Positions 21,743 to 32,803 of a DNA stretch of 64,000 bases are shown one piece after another. This stretch comes from Eukaryota sp. TZLM1-RC (taxonomy: Eukaryota; Protista; Metamonada: BaSk clade): contig JAUPSS010000002.1 of assembly GCA_040285825.1 (NCBI GenBank), positions 2,108,001 to 2,172,000 on the forward strand, in the 5' to 3' direction. The notes beneath the pieces are model-generated. The model was not told where the DNA came from, made no database searches, and worked only from the letters and a program-made list of their open reading frames with translations. Made by a program: the position numbers and the translations under genes. Every line of letters starts with the position of its first letter. The first letter of the stretch is position 1.

Positions 21743-23656
21743 ATGGCAAATCCAGAGTTGCCACGTCGATGGCGTGTACTCCCCTGGGAGGTTAACCGTC
21801 GTGAGCAACCAATAAACGACAGCAAGACGACAGTTCCAGCAAGTGCTGCTCGTTTCTTCTCTACTACAGCTCCTGTTTCAATGGAAAGACAGTTTCGCTA
21901 TATTCGAACTGTCACTGTGCTTACTGCCCGGGTAGCACAGCTGTTTGTCCTGCAATATCCGGAAATGGCTTTCTGGTTATATCAACAACAGTTTTGGTAT
22001 CAATGTCAAGACTTTGTAATGGTACCTCATCCGACTGTGAGACGCCCATTGGAGAATCATATGGAAGTGTACTGCGCAATCTATGATGTCTCTTTCCGAC
22101 CTGGCTGGCCGTTTCCTCCTATTGTCTTTCAGAAGGAACCCGACAACTGGTGCCACTCTGACATTAGAAGCTTTCGCGCACTGCAAATGGCGAACAGCTT
22201 TTGTCAAATACTTACTGATGGCCCTGTCTCCTGGAAGCTGAACTTCTTCCGGACAATGGCTACCTTCTTTGAGTGCCCTTGCCCAAAGAAATATGCTTCA
22301 TTAGTGGTGAACACGACTGCAGCCACTATTCCTGGCTCTTTGCGCGCATGGTTTGATGAAAGTCACCATGAGTACATAATGGACCTTTTTATTCAGCAGG
22401 TTGCCGACCCTCATCGTTTTGACGCTATGTTGATGCTGGACAATGTTGATCTCAAACCAGACAACATCACCTTCTTATTCACTGCTGGGCTAAATATTTC
22501 ATCCTTTCTGGAAAATATTGCATCTGACACCATGCGAAGAAATGCCGTGTCCCCATCCCCCAGTTATTCTCCTAGCTTTATCTTTTTAGTCAAAAACTGG
22601 AAAAGCATTTTCTCTCTTTTAATGCCAACCACTGTCTGCTGAAAGATCCGTTTGCCTTTTTCAGAAAAAAGTAGTATCTGACTTACATAATCAGTTCAGA
22701 TGCCGTTTCAATCCGCTTCACTTTTTCCTTTGCCCCGAAAAAAAAATAAAAATCGCCGGACAGCCACAGAATTGGCAACCACCATAGCCAGTGGGGAACT
22801 CGAAATACCTGCAAAGAGTCGGAAGCGAAACTCTAGACTTCAACAACAGGTCCGTCCAAGGCAACGTCGAAGAACAGACGACGCCTATGAGCCTCCGCCA
22901 GTTGATCCAATTGAATATTCATTTTGTGCAATTGATCCTAATCACAAAAATTTGTGTGGTTATTCAATTGGATCAAGAGTTGATAATAACAAAGTTGATC
23001 ATCAACTTTCGGACCTTGTTCTGAATTCAAAGGCAAGGAAGATCATTCACCCACCGGTCCTGACCCATGCATCATCAAATTGCTATTTTGCTAAGAATTT
23101 ACACAAATATCTTAATGAAATAGCAATGCCTTTGATGTGGGTACCGACACAGGAAGAAATCAACAATCCCGACTTCCGTCCGAGAACTATACTAGACCAA
23201 CTGCTGATAAATGGAGATCGCCGAGCCCTGCGCCGCAACAAGTTTGATTTCTTTATAAGAAGGCAAAAAAGAATAATGGGATTTATTGAAAAAATAAAAC
23301 TAATGGCTAATGAAAGAGAAACCATAATTTGGTTTGGTAGTGGAGGTGATGGGCCATCAAGACAATCTGTGAAAACCTCAAGGAAGCGCTTTTTGAAGGA
23401 GATTCAGAAACATTTTACACATGTGAAGCCTAATGGAGATGAATTCTACACATCTGCCAAAACGAATTGCTGCAAGGTATTCAATCAAAAGTTGTATCAC
23501 GATGATGGGAGGGTGAACAATGATAAGTTTGTATGCCCTCAATGTCAGACACTCTGGTCGAGGGACATCTCAGCTTCCAGAAACCAACTGGAGATTGCCA
23601 TAAGTGAGCACTACTACAATGAAAGACCTGAGGCGTTTCGGAGACCCCATAGATAA
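21743..23656 (+). pseudogene. Divergent Fanzor (family B), near full length, broken around 22580-22750
   Basis: RuvC-I FCAIDPNHKNL, IIWFGSGGDG, RuvC-II GDEFYTSAKTNCC, CPQCQTLWSRDISASRNQL (zinc finger and RuvC-III), RPEAFRR. ORF1 end (NISSFLE...AVSP..SYSPSFIF) and an alternate-frame IISSDAVSIRF parallel motifs in Fanzor A. Confidence 0.85.
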
Positions 23657-23823
23657 GTGTTTTTCCATGTAATGCGTACCTGTACGCGTATTGTGATGTT
23701 GCTGCTTTAACTATCATTTGATCGTGATATCATATAGTGATAGAACTAAAGTAAGCTTAACGTCTATCAAGATTGCATGAATTGGTCAAAAGCCAGAAGT
23801 GCGTTTTGATAGATATTCACAGT
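23657..23823 (+). ncRNA. Candidate Fanzor omegaRNA scaffold / element right end
   Basis: 167 nt after the stop codon, conserved in the second copy (35252-35418). Three stem-loops with G-U pairs; similarity ends abruptly after TTCACAGT. Confidence 0.7.
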
Positions 23824-23876
23824 TAAAAAAAATGAAAGATCTCAAGGTTGAAAACAACCAACATGATTAATTTCAC

Positions 23877-24783
23877 ATGTCAGATATTGGGTCCACATCC
23901 CTCAGTGATGATGATGACTTTCGCTTGGGAGCCTCTACCCATGCTCGCCCCCAATCTAATCAATCTTCCTCCACTTCCCCCAATGACTTTCTAATGAACA
24001 GTCAACCGCTTACTAACCAGCCCTTTGACGAAGCAATTGAGGTCACTTCCTCAGAGTGTGGTTCTCCCAATATTGCACAGTCCTTTATTCCCTCTAAAAT
24101 TGACAATTCTTTACATAATGACCTTGTAGAGGAGGACATTGAAGAAGACCTACAAAAGGTTTGTTTTTTGCATTCGCTTATCGTAGCTGTTTAACCAAAT
24201 GAACTCCTTTACTCCACAAGACATTGAGCTTGAAATGTACCTGCGGCCTTTCATTCCAGAATTCATTCCAGCTACTGGCTCCATAGATTCATTTGTTAAG
24301 CCACCAAGACCAGATGGTAAGGAGGAAGTCTTAGGGATTTCTGTTTTAGATGAACCAGATCTCAAGCAGTCAGACCCTGTAGTTTTTGAACTACAATTGA
24401 GAGCTAAATTAAAGACAAATATTGCAGAAAAGGCAACCGTTGGCAAAATTGAGAATGCTGAAAAGAACTCTCGACAGATAGCTGATTGGGTCAGAAATGT
24501 AGAGGAAATCCATAGAAACCTTCCTCCTCCAGCTGTTGTTTATTCACGTAAAATGCCAGAATTGGAGTCGCTGATGCAAATTTGGCCTCCGCATGTTGAA
24601 AAAGCCTTGGAAGATCTTTCTTTCCCTCATCCTGATATCGATTTGGATTTGGAGACATATGCAACTTATGCTTGTCTTGTTTTAGACATCCCGGTGTATG
24701 AGAACCCAATAGAGTCGCTTCATGTGTTGTTTTCCTTGTATTCAGAGTTTAGGTCTAATCAGCATTTTGCAGAACTTCAGTAG
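23877..24783 (+). CDS. IFT46: Intraflagellar transport protein 46; one 28-nt intron (24159-24186)
   Basis: NQPFDEA, (spliced) LQKLFNQMNSFTPQDIEL, LRPFIPEFIPATGSIDSFVKPPRPDG, LDEPDLKQSDP, MPELESLMQIWP, IESLHVLFSLYSEFRSNQHF. Confidence 0.95.
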
Positions 24784-24949
24784 TGTTTGGATTTACTGTT
24801 ACTGCTTAATGTGCTCTTGTACAGTTTGAGTGATTGGTTCTTTTCATTTGAATATCATAATATCAGTAAATTAATTTGTTAATTCTATTGTAAAATTATT
24901 TACCATTTCTTAACACTATCCAATTCCTCAATCAGTCCAGGGTATTACA

Positions 24950-25650
24950 ACATTTCAACATCCTCTGAGTTATTAGCATTTTCAGTACACCAGTTAGCAA
25001 ACATAAGACGAAATCATGAACCAGTACTCTTTTTTCTGGGTACAATAACTTCACAATCACCACTTCTTTAACCTATTTGCTTTTTCGAATCCAAGCAACG
25101 TTGTTATGCACACAGTGCTCAACTCACTTGCAGTTTCCTTGATGAATGTTTTACTGTACCCTCGACCATTTTTACTTCCCAAACAGATTATCAAGTGAAA
25201 GTGCATAATCCATAATACTCAAACATGTTATCAATTTACCATTTTTTGTTGGATGCTTCAAATAACTAAATGAAACACCAATATTAACTTAATAAACACA
25301 TTCAGTTGGAAATTGCTGAATTAAATACAACTTATATTCCACAAAGTAGATTGGTACACTGTCAAGACCTTCAATGTGGCTTATACCCATAAAAGTATAC
25401 ACATCATTCGAACCAATTTTTATGTTTGACTCCATTTTTATGTTGAACACCAATAAATCTTGAAAGTGAGTCTTTACTTCACCAAGAATCGAAATTTGGT
25501 TAAAGAGAAAAAATTATATTATCAATTATGTAACCAATAATGTCTGTATCAAAACCAAGAGAAAAAGAAGGTAATAACGATGAAGATAAATCATTTAAAA
25601 TCAAATACAAAAACCATGGAGCTAAAACACTATACCGATCAAGATTGTGG
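24950..25650 (-). mobile_element. Highly decayed non-LTR retrotransposon remnant
   Basis: SVLAPWFLYLILNDL (RT motif-like) and HNNVA-like remnant; many stops. Confidence 0.3.
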
Positions 25651-26149
25651 TCAACATCGATATTGAAATTTACAACCTTTGTAAACAACCCGTAAAGTTC
25701 ACATTTTATACTAAACTAATTATTGGTTTGCAGAATCATTTATCCCTTCACTTTTGTTTAACGTTTATGTCACCTAAACGTAATTCAAGTACTTCTGATA
25801 CTACCAAACGTAAAACAACTTCTAGAGCTTCTGTAGTTTCTCCAAAGACCAAAAAACCTCGTCTGACTTCAGAGCCATCTGAGACTATTCCACAATTGTC
25901 TATTAATGCGTCTTCCACCGATTTCAATATCTCTCTGTGGTTACTGATGATTCTTCAGAAATTTTTTATATTTTTTTCTGATGAACTTTCAATGATCTAT
26001 AATTTTGATAATTGGTTAAATAATTATCAACTAGAGTATTTAGCTGGAAATATTATCAAACAGTTTGACTTATCTTCTTTAAAAGTCGCTCAATCATTAA
26101 TGGCAAAAATTTATTCAAAAAAGATTATTTATCTAAACCATTATTTTTG

Positions 26150-29100
26150 AAGATGTAGAATAATTTTTAGAATCTCTGAGAATATTTTCTGTTTTGCTGG
26201 GGTGACCATTTTGCGGGAATTTATGTAGGAAGTTAAGCGTGTTCTTAACCAGTGATTGAGGAATCACGACGTTGTGCTTTGGTTTTAGATAAAAATCGAG
26301 ACGACTGTTCAAAGTACTGTTGTTGAACGGTGTGTCCTGTGAACCGATTGCTCGCTTCTTTTTGGATTTGATTCTGCAAGACCAAGCCTCGAATAGTGGG
26401 AGGTTAAGGGAGCATTTATCTTGAATGAGGAGGACCTTTTCGTATGTGTTGAAGTCTTCCATGAAGCTTCTCTCGGGTTCGGTTTCACCAATCCTATCAG
26501 TATTATACATGGATGAAACTCTTTGTGGTTTGAATGGACCAAATGGTTGACGGTAAGGGTGTCTTGCGGCAGTACTGTTCGATATTTCATGTCTGTTGCC
26601 TTTTCCTTTAGTGTGAAGAATGTCAATTAGAAACTCAAAAAGATGGGAAGCCACCTTGTGACTCTTTTGTTCGTCCTTGAAGCGGTGAGCATGTAAGTAG
26701 GGTTTTGATGATCTGTGATTATAATCAGGCGCCTTTTTTGAGGTAGTTTTCGAAACGACTTTCGGTAAGCATGAGGAAAATAGCGTTAAGCTCTTACTGC
26801 ACCGTGAGCCAGTTTTGCTGTGAGTTGAATAGAATTCTGCTAAACAAGCAGACTGGCCTACACTTCCTATTAAGTAAAGAAGTACCAGGGTCCTTGAAGG
26901 GTTCGATTTGTTTCCAAATTGAAGCACCGACAGTGGAATCGAATGCATCACAATCGACAAAAACTAGGTTAACTACCGGAGGTATGGTGAAAAGCATGTC
27001 CTCAGCAATCAAACGCTTGATTTGAACGAGATAAAACTCGTGAGTGTCTGTCCAATGCAAGCGACGAAATTTGCCGTGCATTAATCTGATGATTGGTGCG
27101 ACTTGTTTGGTTACCTGAGGAAGCCATTTCCTAATGAAGTTGACTATACCTATAAGGCTACGGGCGTCTTTTACAATCTTACGTCTGGGAAGATTCAGTA
27201 AAGAGTGTGTTCAAGTGGGATCAATCATCCTGGTTTTGTGTTGAAAAAATTCTGCCAAGGATCTTTAAAGGGTGTCTAGCTGACACGAAATGGCACTTGG
27301 GCAGTTCAAAGCTAATTTTACGAGTTCGTGCATGCTCAAAGACACTTCGAAAGTGTTCGAGGAACTCGTTGAATGTTTTACCTATTATGATAATGTCATC
27401 TATATAGATAATAACATTGTCTCCAAAGAAGATGTCTGCCATAACGTTCTGGAATACTGTAGGAACGATCTTGATGCCGAAGGCTGCACGTTTGATCGTG
27501 ATGCTTTTGCCAGAAATGCTTAAGGCATTTTGTTCTCAGTCTTGCGGACATCAAGGGTGTCAATAAAATTGGCTTCCGAAAAAAAAGACTGGCAGGTAAA
27601 AGATTCTGGGGAGATTGGTTTCAACGAAAGATCGTGTTGGCGTTAACTCCGTTTTTGCCATCGTAATCAATCGTAAAACGAAACTTACGATGCTAAGGTT
27701 ATACCACATAACATTTTCAAGAGCTGAACTCATGGTTGAATGGAACAACAAATCGAGAATCGACGAGTGCATCAAAGATTTGTTCAACGACTTTCTGCTT
27801 CTCGGGGTTAACCTACGAGGGGGTCGTCTGACGCGAGCACTTTAATCAGAAAAGTTGATCTCCATAAAAGGACGGTAAATCCCGTCAGCATGTGGCACAA
27901 GGGCGAATGGTTTTTTAGCCTTTTACAAAATTAGAAGCAAGGTCTTCTTGTTATTGTCACAGACGAGGTTAATGGTGCAACCAGAAAACTGTATGTGCTC
28001 AAACCAACGTCTAGGAACGTTGACGACATCTGAGACTTGGGAGATTCGTTGGTCGAATTTAGCCTCACACAGTAATAGTGTTCAATGTTCCTCATCCATC
28101 CTTTTGAAGAAACTCTCATTGTTTAATAAGCCCATTTGATGGAGTAGGTCTTACCTATAAGTAACATGTCATTATCAGGAATGATGGCCAGGCTATGTTA
28201 GACGTGGACTAATTGGGCTACTTTGCCAAATCTGAAGCTCAGAGTCCCTTTTGCTGACCCTAAAGACTTATACATGATGTTGTTAGCGGAATTGAAGTTT
28301 ATGCATTGGCTTGTCTTGGCCATGCTGCATTTTTTTTGCTGAATTAACAATAATGACTGACATTGAGGCGCCGGAATCAATGATCCCTTCTATTTCGCGA
28401 TTAATTTTTTGAAAGTTTCAAGATCAAATTTTTGCGTGCGATATCTGAAATGCGAACCATGAAGATATCGTCATAAGACTCTGAGTCTAAACCAGTGTCG
28501 TAACTAACGTTGAACGAAGGTATTTGTTCAAGTCCAAATGAGCTCCCCTCAGCAAAGACAGTGAATTTGATAGAATATTCATCCATGGATTAGATGATAG
28601 TATACTATTACTATGTCATGCTGTTATTGGAATATTCGTGGAGCTACCTTGCTCTAAACTAAACACTGAACATTGATTAGAACGTTTGTTACTAGAACTT
28701 CAACCTCCACGTCTATTTCTACCTCCTCTGCTTCATTTACCTCTAATTAGATAAGTCATTACAGCTTCAAAGTGGGTATTTTGTCATTGTTTTGATCGTT
28801 GACAATTGAGGATCGGGGCATTTCGTAATTGTGTGGCCTAGATTAGCACATAATCTGCAAAGGCCGGCATTTTTTTGTTTAATCCCAGATTTGCTGCGTT
28901 TGTTAAAATGGCCAGGAGTAACGTTACTGGAGCCCGCGGGTATGGATTTCCCGATGCGCTTTTTGTCTTTCGGGTTAGCTCTTATTTAATGGCCTATATG
29001 TTATTGGTAGCCATCATTAATGTTACTCCTCTGCTCATTATAGGATCTGGCTGAACACCAACTCATGTATTCAGCAGCCAAGATTTCAACAAATTGTTGT

Positions 29101-30100
29101 AATGTATGGTGTTACCAAATATTGGGTGTAGGTAATTGACTTGATTCCCACTGAGTCAATTAAATGAGTCGAAATATCCCAATTTTGAATGCGCTGGAGA
29201 AACTGTTGGTCAAGAATATTTGAATTACTGGCCCTAGCATCAGACATTGCGGTGCGTTGTGAGATTGTTCTCATTAATTTTACATTAAAGTCACCCCTGA
29301 AGTCAGGAATGTTCCAATTCAAGTGAACACTGTACAATTATTTCTTGCCGTTTTTAAAGTGCTGTACTGGGTGAAATTGAAAAAGGACTTTCCAAATCTG
29401 TTCCTTATCAATATTTTTGATAACATAAATGCTATCAGATAGTGGAAAATAATATCTTCAGCTCTTATAGCAGCTAGGCATTTTGGAGTAACACAAGAGG
29501 CAATCCTGCGGGGGTCTACTTGAGCAGCAGCTCTGAAACGATTCCATTCATGGAGAGAATTCCCATTCCTTTGGTTCAAAAACAGATTTTTTCCTTTGCT
29601 AATTGATTGAGAAGTTGTGGGAGGATGGGAGAGTTCTTCCAGCTGTCTGCTGAGTTCGAACACTTTTTTTGCTAGTCTCACTTGAGAAGGATCTGCTTCA
29701 TTGATGTTCCTTTCTTCAATGGTATTCTGAATTCTAGTGTACAAGATAAATTTATCAATAAAATATAAATTGCCAACAGGGTCAGAACTGTTCTTAGCCT
29801 CAAAAGTGTATTTTCTGGGACGACTTTTCCTTTGTCTATCTCTATATCTATCATATAAACCCGTCACTGAATCCATAAGCAAATTGCTAGAATATTGGGG
29901 TGCAATGGGGGTGTTGGATGGAGTTACTCCTAAAAGCCTAGGCTCTTGTGGGATCTGGGAAAGAGTTTCAGGTTCTGTAAACTGAACTACCGCAGGTTGT
30001 CCCACTGTCTCAGTAGACGTTGCAATAAATCTTTCCATAGGTTCATTTTCTTGCTCATCCGTTCGAGGCTCAATGCTCAAAGATAAGAAAACTGTGACTG
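26150..30100 (-). mobile_element. Degenerate Gypsy/Ty3 LTR retrotransposon (gag-PR-RT-RNaseH-partial IN)
   Basis: Gag-like ORFs 29086-30080, CRLCANLGHTITKC zinc knuckle (~28815-28860), IIDSGASMS protease (~28355-28385), IYIDDIIIIG RT, VDCDAFDSTVGA RNase H, LHKFPQNGHPSK integrase start. Confidence 0.9.
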
Positions 30101-31233
30101 TATAAACGAAGTCAAAGTCTGTAGTTCATAATTCTACAGGGGTATGTTCGCTGGGATAATAAGAACTCGTTATTGTCCCAGAGTAGAGAGCTAGAATTAA
30201 TGACAACCGTGTTCTCTTGAACATTTATCAAATAATCTTCAAGAGGTTCGTTTTTTCTATGTTCCAGACCAAAATAAGACGCATAATGTTCGGGCCATCA
30301 ATCATGGAAATAGAGTCTCTAAAAATCCGTAGTAAAAGTGAAAAACCATCCCCTCCTGAAATCTCTGTTCATAGATGTACCAACACGCGTTGTATTCAGG
30401 GCTAAATATAGGGAAAGAATGGGGATTGCATCGGTTGAGGAATTATTTCGATTCGTCACCAACAAAGTTCCTCTGTACTCCTTCACGAGGAGTTTTGAAA
30501 CCTCCTACAACATCTCGTTAAAGGTAATTTAGTGGGGGGGGGCAAATTGGTGCTTCCGTAGAAGAGGTAGTAGGGTTGGGAGTTCTTTCTACAGAAATTT
30601 CTAAAGAAAGAGTAGCAAAGTTTTGATTACCAGCAGAGACTTTTGGAAAAGCTGGTGATACTGTATGTTGGGAACCTTCTGTAAAATCTTCCGTAGAAGA
30701 AGTGGGAGGAGTTTGATATTATTCCTCATGAGCTTTTGTGGCAGGAGTGGAAGATACAACAGCAGCCAAACTATGGGAGAAGAGGGAGTCTCTTCCAGTT
30801 TGTCTTTTAACAATTCGGTATTCTTATTCCTGGCTGATTCAGGGTCAGACTCCGTGATGACGTACTTTAGATATTCATCCAAAAGGTCGAAGCCTCATAG
30901 CCTCAAATTTTGACATTAAAATATTGTGCTGGACTATTCAATCATGCAGGTTGGCATGAAAAAATTGTAAAAGTCCATACTTTTACAAACGATCTCTATC
31001 AAAATACACTGAGTGAGTTTTTTACTTGCGTATACTTTAATCAACTTAATTAATTAGTTTTATAGTTCTAGGTGTCTGGGGAAAAGTAGAAAGCATTTTC
31101 GGTAGCATTGATTTGGCTGTGAGTGAAGTGAAAATTAGGGATCTAGGGTGAAATTCCATATTTTGGACCAAAACTACCAAAACTATTTGGAGCAAGCCTT
31201 TCCACATACCTTTAGACAACATAGACTCACTCC

Positions 31234-31542
31234 CATCGCTAGTTTAAGGCCTGCTTTTGTCCCCTTTTCCACACCGCATTTACGTATTTGGGAGTGGTAT
31301 TGGGGAAGTTGAACGATTTTGACAATTGTATTGCAGCCTATAAAAGGTCGTTGGAACTCAAAGATGATTGGACAACAAGGCTCAACTTTTGTGCTCCATT
31401 GATTAACTTTGCAAGGCTGGAGTAGGCAAGGGAGCATTTTGAAATATTTGAGGGTATTTATGCAGAACTTTCCAAAGAGGAACGGAACGAAGATGAAGAT
31501 GCTGTAGCTTTAAGATCAAAGATTAAGAGTATACTGCTTTAG
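31234..31542 (+). pseudogene. BBS4-like TPR protein C-terminal fragment
   Basis: AFTYLGVVLGKLNDFDNCIAAYKRSLELKDDWTTRLNF...LE*AREHFEIFE...EDAVALRSKIKSILL* resembles protist BBS4 C-termini; internal TAG and no N-terminus. Confidence 0.65.
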
Positions 31543-32329
31543 ATTTTGAAATTTAGAATATGATGTTTTTTGAATGATGATTATCCTTTATTGTACATGT
31601 GTCAGTTGTAATTTAAAGAATTTATTTTTTGTCTATAGAATAAATTTTGTTTAGAAATAATTAATACTATGGTAGTGTATTTATATGGAAGAAGAACACA
31701 TCAATTACCCCTTGTATGTACACTACCGCTCTTGTTCTTCAATCCATGCATCTAATATGCTGTGCTTATACACCATTCAATCTACTTGGAAGTGTATGAA
31801 TGATCAACAGACCCGATATCCATTATTTAGAAATAAAGGAAAAATATATAAAGAAAACTCCATCTTATCCAGTTAACACAACTTGACCTTTAGCTTCACA
31901 TAATTAGTAAGGTGCAACTCTAGATATTGATTAATGTTTTGGTTATAAATTTTATACTTCTGTTTTTCTGGTCTTGTATCCACGGTGAAACGTTATACGC
32001 ACAAGCCAACGTGTATGGGAATGATGGCAGATTTATTAAAGAAGGTCAAGAAACAGAAGAAATGAAACTATTCTACACGTCAAAGTGGTACATCAATAAT
32101 TTTTCCTATTCTGCTGCGAAGTCAAAAATACCAATACTATAAATGGACAACAATTTCATTATTTCGTCTATTTGAGAACAAATTTTTTTTGAAATTGACC
32201 CCACATCTGCTGAAAAACTGTACGAATAAGCACGTGTAAATGGAAGTGTTTAAACAGTATAGGAGAGAGGCAAGGTTGAGGAAGGCTTAGAGGAAGGATC
32301 CTGAAGAAAATCTTTTTGCAAAAAAAACT

Positions 32330-32540
32330 CCGACCTTCTACTTTCTATTTCGGTCAGTTCTTCATAATGCCGTTCGTGATGTGACATATGAGATGTTCAA
32401 GTGTTACAATTCTAGTTGCAAAGTAGAAACGTTGTTGAATCATTCTAGCGATAATAATCTGTTTAATTCACGTCGAGGTGATTTAATTGCTCCTTTTGTG
32501 GATTCCTCTCAAGTTCAGTTATTTCATCTTTGTTCCAAAA
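32330..32540 (+). mobile_element. RLE non-LTR retrotransposon fragment
   Basis: HNAVRDVTYEMFKC...VETLL...RRGDLIAP. Confidence 0.6.
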
Positions 32541-32559
32541 ACTTCATCATCATTGAGAA

Positions 32560-32633
32560 ATCAGAGGTGTTTAAGAAACAACAGTCTCAAACCAATGTTA
32601 TGAACCCACTGATCACAGTCTAAAGGCTGTTGG
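32560..32633 (+). repeat. 74-bp copy of the Fanzor family C 3' end (matches 21024-21097)
   Basis: Near-identical sequence reading SEVFKKQQSQT.VMNPL.TV* plus 10 nt downstream. Confidence 0.8.
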
Positions 32634-32803
32634 CTTCTAAAGCCTTCTAGAATCGATGGTTTAGCTTGAGTAGGTTGAGACGGCAATTTGGCTGATGAGT
32701 AACCATCTAGAAAGCAAATACCAGGAGATGGCAGTGTATAGCAAGGTAAGTCAACATCATCAAGTTCAACAGACACATTGTCCCTGACTCTGTATGATAA
32801 AAG

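Noticed and set aside
22547-22575. 29-nt GT-AG intron in Fanzor B
   Set aside because: Removal would fix the frame, but the segment encodes AVSP..SYSPSF, which parallels HALP..SCIPSY in Fanzor A. A homopolymer frameshift just downstream is more likely.
25647-26150. Second Ulp1-like domain start (FDNWLNNYQLEY)
   Set aside because: Only a weak W-L motif; cut off by the Gypsy relic before any catalytic residues.
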